From positions 67,766,001 to 67,830,000 of the forward strand of contig CM059430.1 of assembly GCA_030390025.1 (NCBI GenBank): 64,000 bases of DNA, read 5' to 3'. Position numbers and translations under genes: made by a program. How positions within the stretch are numbered: the first letter of the stretch is position 1; each line of letters begins with the position of its first letter. The DNA is from Squalus acanthias. Its lineage: Eukaryota. Under the pieces are notes generated by a model. The model saw only the letters and a program-made list of their open reading frames with translations, did no database searches and was not told the DNA's origin. Below, piece by piece: positions 60,295-64,000 of the stretch.

Positions 60295-61032
60295 GGGCTG
60301 GAACTTGTGTTCGGAGGCTTCCTGAGAGCGAATGCCTCCAAACCGCACATAAACACCACACCTACCTGGTGCCTCCGGCCCGTCAAAGACTCGCGTTCCT
60401 GGGCCTGCAGGCATACACCTGCATAAAATCCCACATAATTCAGGGGCGCATGCGGTTCCCATGTGTCCCTGGGTTCACATGGGCCAGCCCAATCAGTGAC
60501 AAAGCGGGACTCCCATTATGCTTATGGAGATTCGATTTACATATGCCATTTAACTAAATAGTTAAAACAAAAATTTAATTTTCTGAAATAAAATGTAAAT
60601 GTTTTAAAGGAGCTAAAAATAACCTTAGCTTACTTTACAGGTGTTTTAATGTTTAAATAGTTTTTTTTAAATATTTTTACATTAATTTAAACTCTTAAGC
60701 TGGTAAAAGCAGGATATACACCTGCTTTTACCAGGCGTAAGAATTTCACGAACATTCGCTGGGCAGAAGTTGGGCAAATAGCCCAAATCTCCACCTGCGG
60801 ATGCCCTTTTCCCGGGGATGCATTGACTCTGTCAAGAAGTTCATGGAAGCTTTAACATGACACTGAAGGTTTTTTTTTATTCGATCATGTTATGTGGGCG
60901 TCGCTGGCAAGGCCACCATTTATTGCCCGTTCCTAATTGCCCTTCAGAAGCTGATGGTGATCCACCTTCTTGAACTGCTTAGCGCGTGAAAACCCGAAAC
61001 TTGCGTGTAGCTCGTACTCACCCATAGGGGCC
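60295..61032 (+). mobile_element. Diverged member of the same MITE family, interrupted by a LINE 3' fragment
   Basis: Shares GGTTCACATGGGCCAGCCCAATCA, an AT-rich core and the CTGGTAAAAGCAGG...CCTGCTTTTACCAG hairpin with the 20533 copy. Right end unclear. Confidence 0.6.
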
Positions 61033-61458
61033 TCAAAATACGGAACATTCTTATAAAGATATATGAGTAAGTTAAAGGTATGGAAGAGGTACAACGAGAA
61101 AATTGCTTTAAATTAAATTGCAGAGTTGATCAAAGGGCTATGAGTAAAATTACCACTGATATGAGGACGTCCATCACATCAAGAGTGCCCAATTCTTTCA
61201 ATGAACATCCGACAGAATACTGGAGCTGAAATCTCTTTGGAATCATTTAAGCACAAATTTAATGCTGTAATGTGGGGAATGGCGGGTCTTTCATGAATTG
61301 ATTAGCCTTTTTCATCAGCAATTATCTTGTGAGCATCTGTTGCGAAGACAGAATGGCCAGGAATTCTGTTGAAACGCAGTCTGAATGTGTCACAGGAACA
61401 GGTGGGATTAGAAATAACGGTGAGGCTAATAGCCCTCACCATTATTAAAGTATAAATC

Positions 61459-62156
61459 GGACAGCAGCTTCCGGCGACCAGGCGTGCGCAGTTAAACGCA
61501 TAAATCAGGAAGCTGCTGTCCAATTTGCCTTACTACTCCAAAAGCTGCGCTATACCGGTATCTCGCTGATACTGGATATTGATACATATGCACCTGCTTG
61601 AAGTTGGTGTTGTTCCGTGATATATACCCACTAAACTCGCCAGAAAAGTTTGGGCTTGTTCATTCCTGTGCAAGTACATTTTTAACGGCGTGACCAGTCT
61701 TAATTACTGCCAAACAACTTCTCTGGTTCTGAAAATATTTTTTTACAATTGTGAAATGTCGATCCTACACATTGTAATTACTGTTGTAGATTAAATAAAA
61801 ATAAAAAATATTTGTTTTTACTTTGACTTTTACCTCTCTCTCTTAATCATATCTCTATTTGACTATCTTTATTTAGCTTTCTGCAACTTATTTGACATTG
61901 AATTAAATATTCTGTCTGATTCTTCCTGGTTCAAATTCTGTGCTGCTCATTAACGATTCTACAATCTGATTGGTTAAGGAGATACACATTTGCTTTTCCT
62001 GTTCACACAGGTCCCAGGTCAACAGTAGAGGGTACCGCACTGTTTTGGCTTTCTAACTTACAGTAAGTTCCAGTGAAAAATCCCATAAAAACTCTGTGTG
62101 CGAGGGCAATGACCTGCTGGCACCGTTCGGTCGCCACTGAGCGCAAAAATTGGCCC
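61459..62156. mobile_element. Probable related non-autonomous DNA element
   Basis: Right end AAAAATTGGCCC resembles the MITE TIR, with GC-rich ends around an AT-rich core. The left TIR is degenerate. Confidence 0.35.
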
Positions 62157-62565
62157 AAGATTACCATCCATCTGACACGGCGTATATTTTAGCATTATAT
62201 TGTAGAATGCAGTCACAGTTAGTACTTTTTCAATAATTTATGAATTTTCAATCAGCAAAGCAATTATATAGGAAAACGTGAACTTTTTGATATATGTTCA
62301 TGTTAACTCTGTATTCGTTATCAGGACAAATGAAAGAAAGAAAGGAATACTTGCATTTATATAGCGCCTTTCACGACCACCGGACGTCTTAAAGCGCTTT
62401 ACAGTCAATGAAGTACATTTGAAGTGAAGTCACTGTTGTTATGTGGGAAACGGTAATAACATAATGTTGCTAATGTTTATATTTATCCACTCAATTGACA
62501 TTTCTGTCTTTTAAAAGCTTCATTAAAGATTTTGTTTCAATGATTCAACCTGTCTTAAAAGCTTA

Positions 62566-64000
62566 GGGGGAAAAATTAGGTCGCGCCCCATTTGGGGCGC
62601 AAATATCGTCTGGACGCAAAAATTAGCGCCTGGCGCTAATTATCGCCACTGACTGGAAACTTCACTTTTACCGCCCCGGGAGGTGAGTGGAGCGCTAAAT
62701 CAGGCACTGCACACCTGTCTTAAGGCGCAAAGGCCGAGCAGTGAGGCGCTAACTCAGCACGCGAGCGCAGCGCAGGTGCTGCCAGTTAGCGAGAGAACAC
62801 AGACACACTGGCGCCGGCCAGTTCTTAAAGCGGGGGGGCCAACTTGCTCCCCAGCCACACCCTGCTCATTGCAGCCTTGAATCTCGGCCTGGAGAGACCT
62901 GTGAATCCATTTTGCTGCCAAGGATGGAGAGGGTGAGAGAACGAGCTCAGCGCTTCACCGAGCGGGCCTTGGATGCTCTGGTTGGCGTGGTGGAGCGCAG
63001 AAGATCTATACTCTTCCCTGAGAGTGGCAGGAGGCCTTTGCCACGCGAGTACAGAAGAGTGTGGAGGGAGGTGGCTCAGAGCGTCTCCTCCAGGAGCATG
63101 GTGCCCAGGACCCATGTTCAATGCCGCAAAAAGTTCAACGACCTCACTTGGATCGTCAGGGTGAGTGGCTTTTTCTCAATACCTCTCCATCCCTCTATCT
63201 CAACCTTACTCTATGGCAAAGGGTCTTAAAACCCCAATGCACAACACTCATCCAACACCTATGGCCCTTTCATGAAACACACACACACATTCCACACTTT
63301 GCATACAGTAAGGGCTATTCACCTATGGGAGGCACATCAAGCAAGACCATGGCTGCATACAGTAAGGGCTATTCACCTATGGGAGGCACATCAGGCAAGA
63401 CCATGGCTGTATATTTACTCAGATGCTGTCCTTTTACTTGCAGGCCAAGCTGGCGCATAATATGAGACAGCAGCAACGGACAGGTGGAGGGCGGACTCAG
63501 CTGCAACCACTCAGCGATGTTGAGGAGCGTGTCCACAGGATTGTGGCAAGCCGGGTAATCGGTCCCATCGCCACTGGAGACGCCGACCCCGTTCTGGACA
63601 GCAATGGTAAGGTCATCACCTTTTTGTCCTCTGTCCTTCCACTTGTCCCTCACAACACCAGCCTTTGACACTTTCAATCCAACTTGCTAACTCGCTGCAC
63701 TTATTCCTCCCTTACTGCCACCCTGTCCTCACGCTAAAGCCACTCTTGTACCTCCCTGCTTTCAGATGGTGATTCACCAGCTGAGGAAACGGGCCCTGAA
63801 GCTGCCAGTGGGAGTGAAGCTGCAGCCGAGGAGGAAGAGGAAGCCGGAGCATCAGTGCCACCCTCTCCTGAGGAAGCCCTTGCCCACACTGGGAACACGC
63901 CTTCCCTGGAGGGGAGCAGGGGGGAAGGGTCTGATGAGGGTGAAGCTCCAGGACCCAGCGGGCTGCAGCAACGCCATGGGTGTAGGGAAGAACGGGGGCC
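62566..64000 (+). mobile_element. PIF/Harbinger DNA transposon, young copy 3 (runs off the window; Myb/SANT exons 1-2 and start of exon 3)
   Basis: TTA|GGGGGAAAAATTAGGTCGCGCC terminus. Near-identical to copies 1 and 2. Myb exon 1 begins at ATG 62924 (MERVRERAQRF...QCRKKFNDL). Confidence 0.92.

Overview
Eukaryotic, repeat-dominated vertebrate DNA, most likely from a cartilaginous fish. That taxon is inferred from CR1 LINEs with (TTCTTATG)n tails, a V-SINE and Deu-type tRNA SINEs. There is one host gene: a six-exon, + strand immunoglobulin-superfamily receptor (12643-24147, 313 aa by my exon assembly). It has a leader, a single-exon VJ-type V domain, an antigen-receptor-type C1 domain, an uncharged TM segment and a cytoplasmic ITIM; a second tyrosine motif (ITSM) appears lost by a 1-nt deletion. 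The rest is mobile DNA. (1) Five two-gene PIF/Harbinger transposons (DDE transposase plus convergent intron-containing Myb/SANT gene): three young near-identical copies at 46858, 53247 and 62566, one with both ORFs open, and two older decayed copies at 18717 and 41473. (2) Harbinger-derived non-autonomous elements, including a ~750-bp GGCC(C)-ended MITE family with several hairpins showing compensatory changes, clustered AG|GTAAGT (U1-complementary) sites and promoter-like motifs. Two copies form a 1.5-kb palindrome between the convergent genes of the intact Harbinger. (3) Many CR1 fragments, including a near-full-length CR1 (SGNH-esterase ORF1 plus EN/RT ORF2) inside a four-level nest. No rRNA, true tRNA or CRISPR features were found. 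All coordinates were read by eye and may be off by a few bases at decayed repeat boundaries.
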